A stretch of DNA of 64,000 nt. Source: Asterionella formosa. Taxonomy: Eukaryota. The stretch spans positions 1-64,000 of the forward strand of contig NKIB01012903.1 in assembly GCA_002256025.1 (NCBI GenBank), written 5' to 3'. Each line of letters opens with the position of its first letter. Position 1 is the stretch's first letter. Below the pieces are notes generated by a model, which saw nothing but the letters and a program-made list of their open reading frames with translations, ran no database searches and was not told the origin of the DNA. Of this stretch, positions 22,892-35,056 are shown piece by piece. Position numbers and translations under genes: made by a program.

Positions 22892-25800
22892 CATGGTGTG
22901 GTCTTTGGACAAGGCACCAGCATGCGCTGCTGCCCCTCCAAGCAACCCTCCTATGGATAACATTAACCGCTTTGCTCCTGTCAAAACGCCACAAAAGAAA
23001 GCACCCAAATGCGCAAACAAGAAGTCAAAGCTTGACATCTGGAGATGAATGCCTCCTATATTAGGCGTACTTCAAGCACCATCCCGCCTCCTTCCCTCAT
23101 CCTCCCTCACTCATTGCACTCATCCCTCTCTCTGTCGTTACCATGCAAAACAAGAAGCAGAAGTGCTCCTTCCAGCTGCAATCGCCCACTCCCCTCATCA
23201 CAGTGGCATCTTACTTTACCTTCTTTTCTTTGCTGATCCTACCTCGACTTACTCTGCATGCACTCCGGCCAATGGATTCCATCGGGTGTCTTCAACCTTC
23301 TTGTTCTGCCTACTACATTTCATCCTGGCAATCGACTGCCAGGCTTCTCAATTCAAATTCACCAAAATGGCATACAGTTTGCCAAAACAAATTACTTTCT
23401 GTTTCCTCCAAGACCCTTCACTCTTGCTCTCTTATCATGTCTTCATTGAGATACTACGCTCCTCATGCTGATTCTACCAACTCCCGGATTCTGTTTTCAA
23501 AATAACTCTCCCAAATTGGCCTTCCATTTTGCTCGCTTTTTCCTCTACTTTTCTACACATGACTCCAAACCCTCTAAGGGCCCCAGAATGGGCTCCTTGC
23601 CCTAGCTCACAATCTCTATGGTTGTTTTACCCCCAAACTGCAACCCCTAAGAGTTCCTCCAGGAACTCAAGCAACCTCACTCGTCATCCCCTTGGTGCCC
23701 ATATCATGGGCCCTAGTGCGACTCCAAGTACTCCATTAGATTCGAGTTTCAATAAAAGCGTACTTTAAGATTTATTTGCCAACTATTTTCCATAATTGGC
23801 ATGTGTAAACCAGTATTTGGATGGCAGACACCCCCTCACAGGTGACGCAATTAATAGATTAGCCAAACATCAGACAGCGATTTGAATTGACTAGACATAT
23901 TTTGTGGACTCATTCTTATGTTGGTGAGAGGGGCAGCGCAATGCCAGGCAGTTCCAGCTCATTTGCAGGTAACAAGCCCTTGTCATTAAACTTCATCATA
24001 AACAAAAGAAGTCTTTCAAAACTTCTTTTTTTTTCTTATGTGAAAACAATCTTCATGGGGAAACATCAATCTCTTGATTGGCGTTTTTTGTATAAAGAGC
24101 AGTTTGTTTGCATATCTTGTGCCAGTGCATCCATGAGCTTGGCCCCTGCGCGCCAGTAGGTGGCTCCCTATACTTTTAATGGCACTGACAGCCACTTTTG
24201 CACTGCTATTTACTGATAAGCAATGATCACTCAATCCATATTTTACCACAAGGTGAAGGATGTACCACAACCCAAAGGCAAATTGGTAAGTTGGTCCATG
24301 AGGTGTCATCTAGTGTTTCCCTGAAATTCTTGACATTTTATGCTCTTCTAACTGTTTTTCTTGCTTTATTGAGGTGGAACAGGCACTACAGCATGCAACA
24401 CCTCAGGTTTCAACACTTCTCCAGTAAGCGCAATTCATCAATGGCAGCACAGTTCAGTGCTGTCTACAACAGGTGATTTTTAGTATAGATACTTTGGATA
24501 GACAAGTCCATCAAAACAAAAAATTAGCTGATAAGTCAGCAAGTATTGAGATCATTTTCTTTTAAGGAAGAGACTCAGGAAGGCGGACTGCAATACCAAC
24601 CATGACTGGTGTGGGTTGTTGAAAGAATACAGTTTTTGCACAAAATGACCAACTGAAAATACACAATTGGTCAATCAGGGGAATTAGTGACATCATCTTA
24701 TCATCGAAATTTCTAGTTGCCAAGTAAGGAACAAGCACTGTATTGTTGTATGTAATATGTGACCAATGGTACATAGCATTACCTATAAATCAGAATATGT
24801 AAATAGTTACAGTTAACCAAAAAATATAGCAATCGTTACCTAGTTATATCCATGAGCTTTTTACTAATTTAGAAACTAAACTAGCTCAATGGATCTGAAA
24901 TACCTTCCATGAAATAGCTTTGTCCGCAGTTGCGACTCTTTGGGAAGTTCAGGCCTTAGCACACGTTGTCTGCGCTATTTCACTCCACCAGAAGTGGTGG
25001 ATTTGATACCATTCGTAAGGTCGCGTCAAAAGGCTAGTCGCAACGGACTCACCATGCCCGAGTCCGTCCACAATTGCAACTTTATTATTCAGTTATAGAC
25101 CTCCAGGGCTAACATTTAGCTTGGTGAGAGGCATAACCAGCACTTCAGAACACTTCTGAATACAATGTTCGATCTCAAAGTAGGGACTCGTGCACTGACT
25201 CCCTTATGGTTAGAGCGTTACCCAGACTAACACGGAGACATATTCTCTAGTAATGCACGGGTGACCCATAAGAAATATTCACTTGTTACCAAAGCTAGGA
25301 TCAAACCGGGAAGAGATTATTGAATGACATGATTACCCTTAATTCTAAACCAAGGGTACTAACAGGACCTTATGGTCTATACAGTCTCAAGGTTTCTTTA
25401 ATGGCCATCCAAGTAGCACAAGGCAAAATGTAGCTATGTCTACATGTAACATTGAAATGACCTAATCAACACATCATCAAAGGAATATGAACCACAACAT
25501 GGTAAGTACAATTATGAACGTCAGAGGTATTTTCTTGCATTTTGAGCTGTTCTACCCTTTTCGACTTTTCATTTCTTAATTTTTCTTATTTATTTGAACA
25601 GAAGACAGAATTGATCATTCAGCACAAGTTTTCAAGCTAGATATTCAGTGGCGTCGCTACTTTGGATAATATCTTTGAAATTGAGCAAACAACAACCAAA
25701 ACAAATTCTGGTGACGATTTTAATATTTGTAAGCAATAATTATGCGTAAATTTCTATCATTGAGCGAACCAATACCTTGGCTATGTTAACTAGGCAAGCT

Positions 25801-26095
25801 ATAGGTACGAAATAGGAATGGTAAATTGTCAGTTTTCATGGAGATATTCAGTCTATAAGTTTGTCATGGACAAGACAGAGATGTTAAATCATTAACACCT
25901 ACCACAACAGCAGTAGAAATCAAACTTAATTATGGAAAGCCAAGCTGTCATAAACATGGAGAAAATTTCATGTGGCTGAAGATCGTAGGATTCAGATACC
26001 GGGGCAGTTTCATCATGTTTGAGATTTGTACGCTTTTCGCTCCCTAAAGGCTCTCCCAAGTATGCAACACAAGCAACAAAAATACAATTTTTATT

Positions 26096-26453
26096 AGGGA
26101 ATGGCTTAAAGTTTTAGCACATGTTGCCTTCTTGTTTGATCTGAGGCTGTGTGGTTCGATTCCCACAATTTTTTGAGAAGCAATTGTTGTATTCGAATTC
26201 CACACTCCTCACCGTCCCGCATGGTGGTCTTGCCCGGTGTGCAAGGAAAAGTGGGTTGTTGCCCCCCCCCCCACCACAAGCAGCTTGATTCGCCTTCCAA
26301 GGCGGTCGGAGTTTCTCCTGACGCTGCGGCTATGATGATCACCTTTCTCGAAGCACAAGTCTTGTCGGCAGGTGACACAATGAAATACTTGCCTAAAGAA
26401 ATAGGGTAGCACGAATGGGATATAAAAGAAACTAATTTTATATACCATTATTA
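26096..26453 (+). mobile_element. tRNA-derived SINE-like element, family 1 copy A
   Basis: Aligns along its length with 28434-28805. It has an A-box-like tggcttaaag, a B-box ggttcgattcc, a central C-run and an AT-rich tail. Confidence 0.75.
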
Positions 26454-28433
26454 GTCCTACATATGTAGCAACCAGTACCTAGTACCAGCATGTAATATTA
26501 TTCGCAACTAGCAAGTTGAGGTCATTTTGCGCATAGGGAAAACGTGACAACGGACTGGCGCTTATGTTCATCATTTGATATGATGGAGAACGTCTTCAAT
26601 TAATGAAAATCATCTATATCACAACTTTGTGATGTAAGTTTAATATTAATTATTCTTCCAAATTTGAAAAACGTCAAAATTTAAGTGAATGGCTTGAAAA
26701 AGCAAATGACAAAGACCAGTAAGCATAAGAATCAAAAGTTGCAAAAAGTAAGCAAATCTTACTTATTTTTCTTTATTTTCTCCAAACTTTAAATTCGCTC
26801 GCTTTTGCAGCCCAAGTGATGAAAACAACCTACCTTGATTAACTTTTTCAAAGGCATTGGGATTTGAAATTCATAGGAACTGCCAGCATCAGCCATGATG
26901 TCAACTATGCAGTATCACTATTAACATTCCGCCTCCTCTCCGCAAAAAATTCAAGTTATCAAGCCTCAAAGGCACAATTAGAAATGTAATGGTGTCTGAA
27001 ACTCTTCTGAACAGACAACATGATGAAAAGACACTCCATGACAAAAAGGAATGATTTGCACCAAGAAAATCTTTCTAATTGGTGTGAATGCACGAATAAA
27101 CATAAGCAAGGCATTAAATTTGGATAGAATTTCTACCAATTTGCAAAGATGGAAATGATACTGCTGCAAATGTTGAAGATGGAAATGTTACTAGAGAGGA
27201 GGAAGAGTACGGACCATCTAGAAGAATTTACCGCACTGCCTGACTGTAACACTGGTGTCAGGTGTCAGTTCTTGAACCCAGTGATACTAAGTTATAGATA
27301 ATATTCCTATCCAGATTCTGAGTACCAGTAGGCATTGAACAAAGGAGTCATTTTTTGGACAGTATCATTCGATGATAGTAATAATTACTTATTTTATTTT
27401 ATTGAATATAAATCATTGTACTATCTTTATGCACAATACATCCATAAGAATATCAGATTCTATGATGCTGATCAGGAAAGTAATTTTGGAATAGAAGATC
27501 AATGGATTTAAATCCAATAAGGTATCAATGACAGCTAAATGATGAGGGTTTAATTGACTTTCCTCATGAGAATAAATATATATATTTTTAAACATGAACT
27601 AACGCCACTAACTCAAAGTACTTAATTGGAAAATATAAAATTGTGATGCTACCAGCAGATGGTCCTAAAACTTTTGCTTTTAAAATAATATCCCAATTTA
27701 ACTGATTTAGTGTCATCAAATCTAGCTAGCAATTCTGTAGAACATTCTGATTGGGCATTCTGCTGAACACAATGCAAAACAGATTGGTTGTTCGATATTG
27801 GCTTTTTACGCTTTGCTTGTTGTGCGCGGGCGGGGTCTTTCAAGAACAAACTTCCCAAATTAGGTAACTCGTGAAAGAAACAATATAGGCAATCATTGTT
27901 GACTGTCTTGACCAAAATTTCAAGTGAAACTTGGCAAGAAGTAGTACCTCAAGGAAAAATGGTAAAACAACTTAATAAATAACGTTTGCCTGTACCGTAC
28001 TTGGCTTTTACATATCATTGAGTTCAAAATGAATTCACCTGGCTGGTTTACCCGCCATGTAAGCAAGATGCAACCATTTCAGTGACATGCAGTCAGAAGC
28101 AGGTCAATGCCTACATTTCCCAACTCCCCTTATGTACATAACCGCTCTTTGATACAGGTATAATCAAAATAAGCCTTCCTTGCGGATTCTTTTCAAAACA
28201 ATGCGTTTGTTCATCCTCATAGATTAATCATACATTTACTACTACAAGTACTTGTCACTGGCAGTGTTTGAAGTACATAATGCAAATGTGCACGAGTTGA
28301 AGACTCATTATAGGTAGAATCAGGGGTTCATTTACACACCACTCTACATATCTAGCGCTGCAAAATATTGTTATTATGACATCAACACCAGCAGTACTTG
28401 TATCATGGAAAAATAATATAATGCACATTGCTA

Positions 28434-28805
28434 CCAGGGAATGGCTTACGGTAGTTGGTTGAGCACGTTGCCCTTGATCTGAGGTTGTGAGGTTCGATTC
28501 CTGCAACTTTTTGAGAAGCAATTGTTGGGTTCGACTCCCACACTCCTTACCGTCCCGCACGGTCTTGCCTGGTGTGCAAGAAATAGTGGGTTGCCCCCCC
28601 CCCCCCCCTACAAGCAGCTTGTGCCGCCTTCCTAGGTGGTCGGAGTTTCCCCTAACGCTGCGGCTAAGACGATCATCTTTCGTGAAGGGTGGTTGGGGAC
28701 TCACCTACGCTAACAAAACTAGGGAAGCACAGGTCTATTCGGCAGGCAGCACAATGAATACTTGAAAAAGGGGAGTAGGAATGGGCTATAAACAGATTAT
28801 CATTT
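28434..28805 (+). mobile_element. tRNA-derived SINE-like element, family 1 copy B
   Basis: A-box-like tggcttacggtagttgg and two B-boxes (ggttcgattcc, ggttcgactcc). Flanked by TATAATGCACATTGCTA (28417-28433) and TATAATGTACATTGCTA (28806-28822). Confidence 0.82.
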
Positions 28806-28907
28806 TATAATGTACATTGCTAAAGGTGTAGATTTCGAACTTGAATTCCAATAGAAAAGTGTTGCACTTCAAAATTTTTCTCGAACCTGTACCTTGAGTT
28901 CAGAAAC

Positions 28908-30698
28908 CTAGTCTTTCCTGAGCATTTCAGCAAACCGACCTTGAATGTCAGTGCAAATGTAGTAATCCCACATTGCTCGCCAAAGCCACTTTTCCAGCTT
29001 TCTATCAAAGTTATCAACCTTTTCATAACCTCCTCCCTTACTCTGCCACCGATCCAGGCAAAAAGCGCAATCCGAAAGCAGCTGAATGACAACATACCTT
29101 AGAAGGAGACGTTTTACCTTCAGATCATTATCAAAGAGGTTCGTAACTAAGCCATCCAACACAGTGAGAAAGCAATTGTATACCTTAGGGATGACATCCT
29201 TAGTTTCCCTCGTCAGTGCCAACCTGTCTTCCACAATGACGAACCTTTTGATCCAACTGCCCTCTCCATTGTCGTCCATTCCAAGGGTGTGAAAGAATGA
29301 CATAAGGAACTTGGTCAAGAATGCTGGTACAGGCATCAAACTGGGTTCACCCAAATCAAACAACCAAAGAAACTGGGAGCTCAAAAACATGTTATGAATA
29401 CCAGCATCTGTCAAACCACATGTCCAGATACGCTGAATGGCCGCTTTGCTTGTGCAACCAACTGCTTCCTTCAGTAGAATATGCCACCAGAACTCATGAG
29501 AAACCAAGCCAGACGTACCCGCTTCTGGAAGGTCCAGAAACACTTGGTCCAGTCTAGATCCCTGACGAAGAAGTATTCCCAAATGTTTTGCAGGAATTTC
29601 CTCTGCCTGTGAAAGGAACAATTTATGGTCTCGGAACCAGTCCCCAAACTTTCTCAGCTTTACAAATCGACCTGAGATTGGATGGTAATTTTTCTTAATT
29701 GCATGGCCCACAAAGGCATCTGCTGTTGACGATAGATTTGCTGGACTGAAATCTGAGAAATCTTCTTTTTTGCAAGCCGCTTTGATGCTCTTCAGTTCAT
29801 CCCGAACCTGTTCGACAGCATCCTTTTCATGTTCATAAGTCAAGGCTTGCAGACATCGGACGACATCGGTAAATTCTGCAGCAAGCTTGTTTAGAAGATC
29901 ACCAGTGAGAAGGCCTTTTGCGTGTAATGTGGCTCCATTTATGGCATTCGGACCTCCAATAGTCTTTTGGGCCAAAGTTAACTTCCATAGATGAATATCT
30001 TGAAGTCGCTGAAGCTGACCGACAATTTTTGAAATAGCGCTGTATCCATCCTGTATTTTGCCACATACGAATCGTCCGTCAATGTAATCATCGAAACCCA
30101 GCACAAGAGATTTTTTTTCAGGCCTTTCTTCGAGTATAACTCCTGCTTCACAACCAGTGCGGCATAGTCGTATTCTATTCAATTGGAGGGAGAGTTCAAC
30201 TGCAGAGCCCATTGGTTCTGAGTTTTTGCGACTCTCCTTGGTATATCGGTTCAATACGACTGCGCATTTGAGCTTGTTCCAGAATTCGGCTCCTCTGTTT
30301 CTGAGGTGTGAGGGACTGACATAAATCATCCGGAACTCTGGAATTCTCGCTCGCATTTTCTGTGCTGATTGGTCGTGTGTATGTTTCTCTCGTTTGCGTA
30401 GTTCTTGCTGTATAACAGCCAATGCAAAGACTTCCTTTGTATCTTTAGGCCCCCCATGCTTCATAACGAGCGATCCAAGCGTGGGATGGAGCCCATGAAA
30501 AACAGTCACTCCAGAGCCACCCCCATACAGATGTGTGACTTGTTCGAGCGAAGCTGGTGCGAAGATATTCGGATGCAATTCCTTCCAATTCGCGTCTGGT
30601 TCGACCTGGAGGCTGCAGGTTCCATCCCGCTCTAACACAATCAAGAGGCCATGATCCTCTGGAATGTCCATACAGTCGCCTTTGCCAACATTTGCCAT
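28908..30698 (-). CDS. Uncharacterised protein (about 596 aa) with atypical protein-kinase-like motifs
   Basis: Long ORF, likely start MANVGKG at 30698. It contains YGGGSGVTVF, LVMK..E, GLTDAGIHNMFL and LWLFDLG in kinase-like order. Confidence 0.75.
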   Translation of the reverse strand: MANVGKGDCMDIPEDHGLLIVLERDGTCSLQVEPDANWKELHPNIFAPASLEQVTHLYGGGSGVTVFHGLHPTLGSLVMKHGGPKDTKEVFALAVIQQELRKREKHTHDQSAQKMRARIPEFRMIYVSPSHLRNRGAEFWNKLKCAVVLNRYTKESRKNSEPMGSAVELSLQLNRIRLCRTGCEAGVILEERPEKKSLVLGFDDYIDGRFVCGKIQDGYSAISKIVGQLQRLQDIHLWKLTLAQKTIGGPNAINGATLHAKGLLTGDLLNKLAAEFTDVVRCLQALTYEHEKDAVEQVRDELKSIKAACKKEDFSDFSPANLSSTADAFVGHAIKKNYHPISGRFVKLRKFGDWFRDHKLFLSQAEEIPAKHLGILLRQGSRLDQVFLDLPEAGTSGLVSHEFWWHILLKEAVGCTSKAAIQRIWTCGLTDAGIHNMFLSSQFLWLFDLGEPSLMPVPAFLTKFLMSFFHTLGMDDNGEGSWIKRFVIVEDRLALTRETKDVIPKVYNCFLTVLDGLVTNLFDNDLKVKRLLLRYVVIQLLSDCAFCLDRWQSKGGGYEKVDNFDRKLEKWLWRAMWDYYICTDIQGRFAEMLRKD

Positions 30699-32199
30699 CG
30701 ACAAGCTCGTCGGTTGTTCCGCTATTCTTGTTACGTCTGTTTCAAATCTAATGGCATTAGAAGATTGAAACACTATATATATTAGAATACCGTATGTTGG
30801 CAGTCTACTCACCAAATATAGATACCGGCATATAAAATATAAAAGTACCTCTGAGGCTAAACAATTAGCATACCGGTATGTATAGTACATAGGGTAGACT
30901 AGATATCGCGGTATGTTTGTACATACATAATGGTCTGGGGGAGATCGTAAACAAGAAATATCTGCATATTATACCTGTACCTGGTACCAGTACTAACTAT
31001 AGTATTCCTTACTATCACCGACGGTACTGGTGGTACCAGGTACTGGCACACCCAGATTCAGCCTGTCACCAACGAATCGTTTTTATTCAACTCCCCCTCC
31101 CCCATTTGTTTCCCCCTCTACTCCTACATACCTGGTACTTTTAGGAACTGTCCTACGCCGTACATACCGTATTCTTGTGTTTGATGAAACAAATATTGCA
31201 CAAGTGTTTTGTGTATATAGCCGACAGTACATAGAGTCTAACCATTTATGAAAGCAGTATCATCAGGCTTCCGCACAGAAGTGGGGTGACTCAAACTATG
31301 GTTTTAGTAGATTACCAGTCAACTACAGTGCTCATGACTGCCAATTTTTGAAAGGAAAGCAGCAAAAAAAACTAATATTTCTGGAATGGGCAAAATATCG
31401 TTTTATTGCATCAAAGGCAATTACTGACACAGGATGAACATCATATCAAACATATTTCACTTGCAGGACATACACCAGACACATCCACTGCCAGAACTGT
31501 GGCTAAAAGGGAGCACTTTATCATAAAATTCTCCAAATGACATGAGAAGTGCAGTCAGAGTATCAAAAACAGCTACTGCAATTGCTTTTAATGCATACTT
31601 TCCACAAAAGGAAGTGACCAGTACCCAAACCTTCCACCACCCCACCTTCTTTGGGATATGGAGCGCAGCCAGCGACTGCACATCTAGAAATAGAGTTTTA
31701 AGAATGCGCTAATAAAATGCTTTAACATACATATAAACAAGTCGTTTGATGAATCATAAACACCAACATTTCCTGAACATTTGGAATATTTGACATTATT
31801 GATGAAACACTTCAAGAAACGATCCATAGTTATCATGGCATCTTATCCTTGTTGTCCTCATTTTTGTCCAGGAAGTGACAATGGCATAAGTTACTACCAA
31901 TTAAAGTGTACCAGGAGTCTACAGGTGAGTCTACATTGTTCTCTGGTGAAGGGGTACCTCCTCCCACCATGGCGGACGCGCCATTTCCCCTTAACAATAT
32001 GACGGTACAGGAGCATACCCTATATGTGACACCTACACCGGCATTTCACGATTTATTGAATACGGCCGGAACAGAGAAAACGACTAGTATACAATGATTG
32101 ATTTCGAAGTGGAAACACAGTTTCCTGCTGGCCCTCCATTTAATCCACTCTACGAGGATGACACAAAACAAAAACAGACGACTCGCAATGGCGATACTC

Positions 32200-32680
32200 T
32201 CAACAAGCAACCTCAACGACAAGCTATCACACAAAATGATTACTATTACAGAAAAGGGAATGATCATCAATACTGTCGCCACATTGTCAGCAAAGGCGCA
32301 AACTCAGCACAAACATCACAAAGATAGGAAATCACACACAAAAACAATAGGAATTGGAAAAATCATCGAAAAAGAAGCCACTCCTGAATCGGTTCATGTG
32401 CAAACTCATCACAAACATCACAATGACAGGACATCATCACACAAGCCAACTACAGGAGCAAGAACCACCATTGGTAATGCCGCCATTCCGTTGCAGGCAC
32501 AAAATTATAAGTAAAACAACAAAAGGACCTCAAACAAGACAAATACAGGAATAGGAACCATTATCAATGCAGCCGTCGCATTTTTGCCACTGCAAACTCA
32601 TCACAAACATTACGACAAAAGGACATCACACAAGACAGCACCTATAGCAGTAGGAACCATCATTAACAGTGCCACTGACT
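32200..32680. repeat. Degenerate tandem repeat, 4-5 units of about 100 bp
   Basis: gcaaactca(t/g)cacaaacat...ggac(a/c)tca...aggaaccat recurs near 32298, 32400, 32497 and 32592. Confidence 0.65.
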
Positions 32681-33191
32681 CTCTTCGGACCCACAGTGAT
32701 GGGTGAATGTACTTGGAAAGTTATGAAACAACAGCACCTTTGCCTATTGTCAATTTTCGTTTTCCTGCCATCCCACAAAGATATTTTTGAGAGTTTTTTG
32801 GCAGGCAGACTTCTCATGGCTGTATCTGAAATTGTTAAACCTGTATGTAAGCTTATTGCCATGCATACCTCCAGAAGCCTACAGTTCTGAAGATTTAGAT
32901 TAACTTTTCAGAAATGAAATATCAAAAATTGAATTGAGCTAGGGGCAAGGGATTGAAAACCAGACTGAATGCAGTCTATTAGACTGAAATCAGCCTAGCC
33001 GGAAAGAATCTGGTAGTATGTACCGGTATATATATTTGAATGTACCGGTACCGGTAGGTAGAGTCATTTCATTTCCTGCCCCGACATTGTCATTCAATTC
33101 CATTCATTCGATTGTCAATCCAGCAATCCCCTATGCCCACAGACTGTATACAATAACAAATACAAACAGCAATAACAAACGAATAGAAACA

Positions 33192-33650
33192 ATGTGCATC
33201 GCCAACAACGACTTGAGCAATCCTCGCCGAAGGCATCGAGCCGCATACCTTGCTCCAGCACGAACGATTCCATTTGGCAATACAGCAACGGCAGCAGCAG
33301 AAACAGCAATGGCCTTTCCGGCATTTGATCCAATGCAAGAATCTATGAATAGTACTTTCGACAACATGGAACAACGACAGCAACAGCAAGAAAAGACCAT
33401 CACATCCATCCTTTGCGTTATTTATCGTGGTATCTTGGACTTGATTGTATTGCTCGTCATGACCATAGTTGGTTTATTCCTCTATGATGTGGAGATTAAG
33501 ATTGTCAATAATATAAGTAATGGGCTACAGCAACAGCAGATAAATGGAGCTAGAGGGATAAGGATGGTTCGAAATGAGGTGGAGGCTGCTCCGTTGAGTA
33601 ACAGTGGATTACTGCCCAGACGAGGATTATTGCCAGATACGATTGTCTGA
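33192..33650 (+). CDS. Hypothetical small membrane protein (about 152 aa)
   Basis: ATG at 33192 follows an A/C-rich leader. One hydrophobic segment (ILDLIVLLVMTIVGLFLY) and polyQ runs. Confidence 0.55.
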   Translation: MCIANNDLSNPRRRHRAAYLAPARTIPFGNTATAAAETAMAFPAFDPMQESMNSTFDNMEQRQQQQEKTITSILCVIYRGILDLIVLLVMTIVGLFLYDVEIKIVNNISNGLQQQQINGARGIRMVRNEVEAAPLSNSGLLPRRGLLPDTIV

Positions 33651-34039
33651 GGCATGCACACTTCTTTTGGTGTGCGTGGCTACGATGGTTTGCGACCTTT
33701 ATTGATCCATGTAAATTATAATGCTTGTAAATTTGATAAAACATTCTGCATAGCGAATTACGAAAGCAAGAGCAAAACATGCTTCCCAGTCATTACGAAG
33801 TTTGATATATTTTTTGTGCAAAATGATTTTTGTTATCAAATTTCAGAATGCACCTTTTATTCCAGGCCGGGTGCATCACCTGAGTAGTTGATTTGTCAGA
33901 TATTCAATTTCGCTTCGCCACCTGTAATGACACCACGCCTCAATCCATCTATAACCACAGGAAGAAGTGCAGTGAACCACAGAAAATGTCGATTCTATTA
34001 TTTTCTATAACATTTTGCCATCGTCACAAGTTATTTATA

Positions 34040-35056
34040 TCAAAATAACTTCAAACATGTTTCAGGATCACAAGTTCCAACTGCTCCAAAGCCAATATCT
34101 ACATCCGCAAATGTTCTCAAGAAGGGCGCAACAAACAGGGCCCCGTATGCAACCACTTGAATAACAACAAACGTCAAGGCTGCCACCCCAGTCAAAGATC
34201 TGCCAAACAAAATGGCTCGTACGAGACTCCCTACATCCAATTCATTTGGCGTGGCATGGTATGCCTTCAATTGCCTTGCCACCTTGTCGGGAGTCCCCAC
34301 CGAAGCCCCTCCTGCCCACGTATCCCAAACAGCATCAAGGGCAGCATCAGCAATCAAAGCCCCTTGCTTGCGAATGCGGCCTTCTTCTGCTTGTTGCAGC
34401 TCTTTGCCTCCGATGGGTGCACCAGTCTTTGGATCGACTGGCCAGCCATTCCATTGTTTGGACTTTCGAATATTAACCTTGAATGCCGCCCTCGGTAACC
34501 ACAGTGGTGGGTTGGTGAGACTGACCTTTGGTAGTTTCGCCGAGGGCAAATTCTTCCAATCGCAGAGTGAATCGACAGTTTGAATGCGTCCCATGATTGC
34601 CACAATGTCCACTAGCTTAACAGGCTCTTGGCTAAAGAGAAAGGACGATGCCGGCAATAGCGGCCCCGACGCACCTGAATCTTCCACGTAGACTCTGTAT
34701 TTCGTTTCCAAAATGGTCGGATCCAACGATGTTTTGGGGTTCCCAACGTCGTCGTCCTTTGGTCGCTTCCCCGAGAGGGTTGCAATCATGGCCTTATTTC
34801 CATTGATAGTAGCGGGAATGAGACCTCCACCAAAGAGGAGAGCAATGAGAACTGTTTTGGCAATTTGGCCCATGTCCCCGTCGTTGACAACAGCAATGAG
34901 GGACATTTCAGGGCCGAGAAAGCCAGCAACGTGCAGCGATGATGATGATGATGATTGTTTGCTTGTGCGAACATGTGTTGTTCGCGGAGTAACAAAAGGG
35001 CGAAAGGCAGATACTGCCGTTACGACACACGTGAAGAGGAAAACAGCATTCTTCAT
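34040..35056 (-). CDS. Plastid-targeted hypothetical membrane protein
   Basis: MKNAVFLFTCVVTAVSA-FRP is a signal peptide with an ASAFAP-like motif, followed by a Ser/Arg-rich transit peptide. Hydrophobic helices lie near both ends. Confidence 0.85.
   Translation of the reverse strand: MKNAVFLFTCVVTAVSAFRPFVTPRTTHVRTSKQSSSSSSLHVAGFLGPEMSLIAVVNDGDMGQIAKTVLIALLFGGGLIPATINGNKAMIATLSGKRPKDDDVGNPKTSLDPTILETKYRVYVEDSGASGPLLPASSFLFSQEPVKLVDIVAIMGRIQTVDSLCDWKNLPSAKLPKVSLTNPPLWLPRAAFKVNIRKSKQWNGWPVDPKTGAPIGGKELQQAEEGRIRKQGALIADAALDAVWDTWAGGASVGTPDKVARQLKAYHATPNELDVGSLVRAILFGRSLTGVAALTFVVIQVVAYGALFVAPFLRTFADVDIGFGAVGTCDPETCLKLF

Noticed and set aside
23049..24476. Cluster of short ORFs in pyrimidine-rich DNA
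   Set aside because: No recognisable domain; probably decayed repeat sequence.
25080..25320. Possible minus-strand SINE (ggtttgatcc B-box-like, A-rich tail)
   Set aside because: No A-box, TSD or second copy seen.
28434..28510. Genuine tRNA gene
   Set aside because: No complete acceptor stem. It is embedded in a longer repeated body with TSDs, so it was called SINE-like instead.
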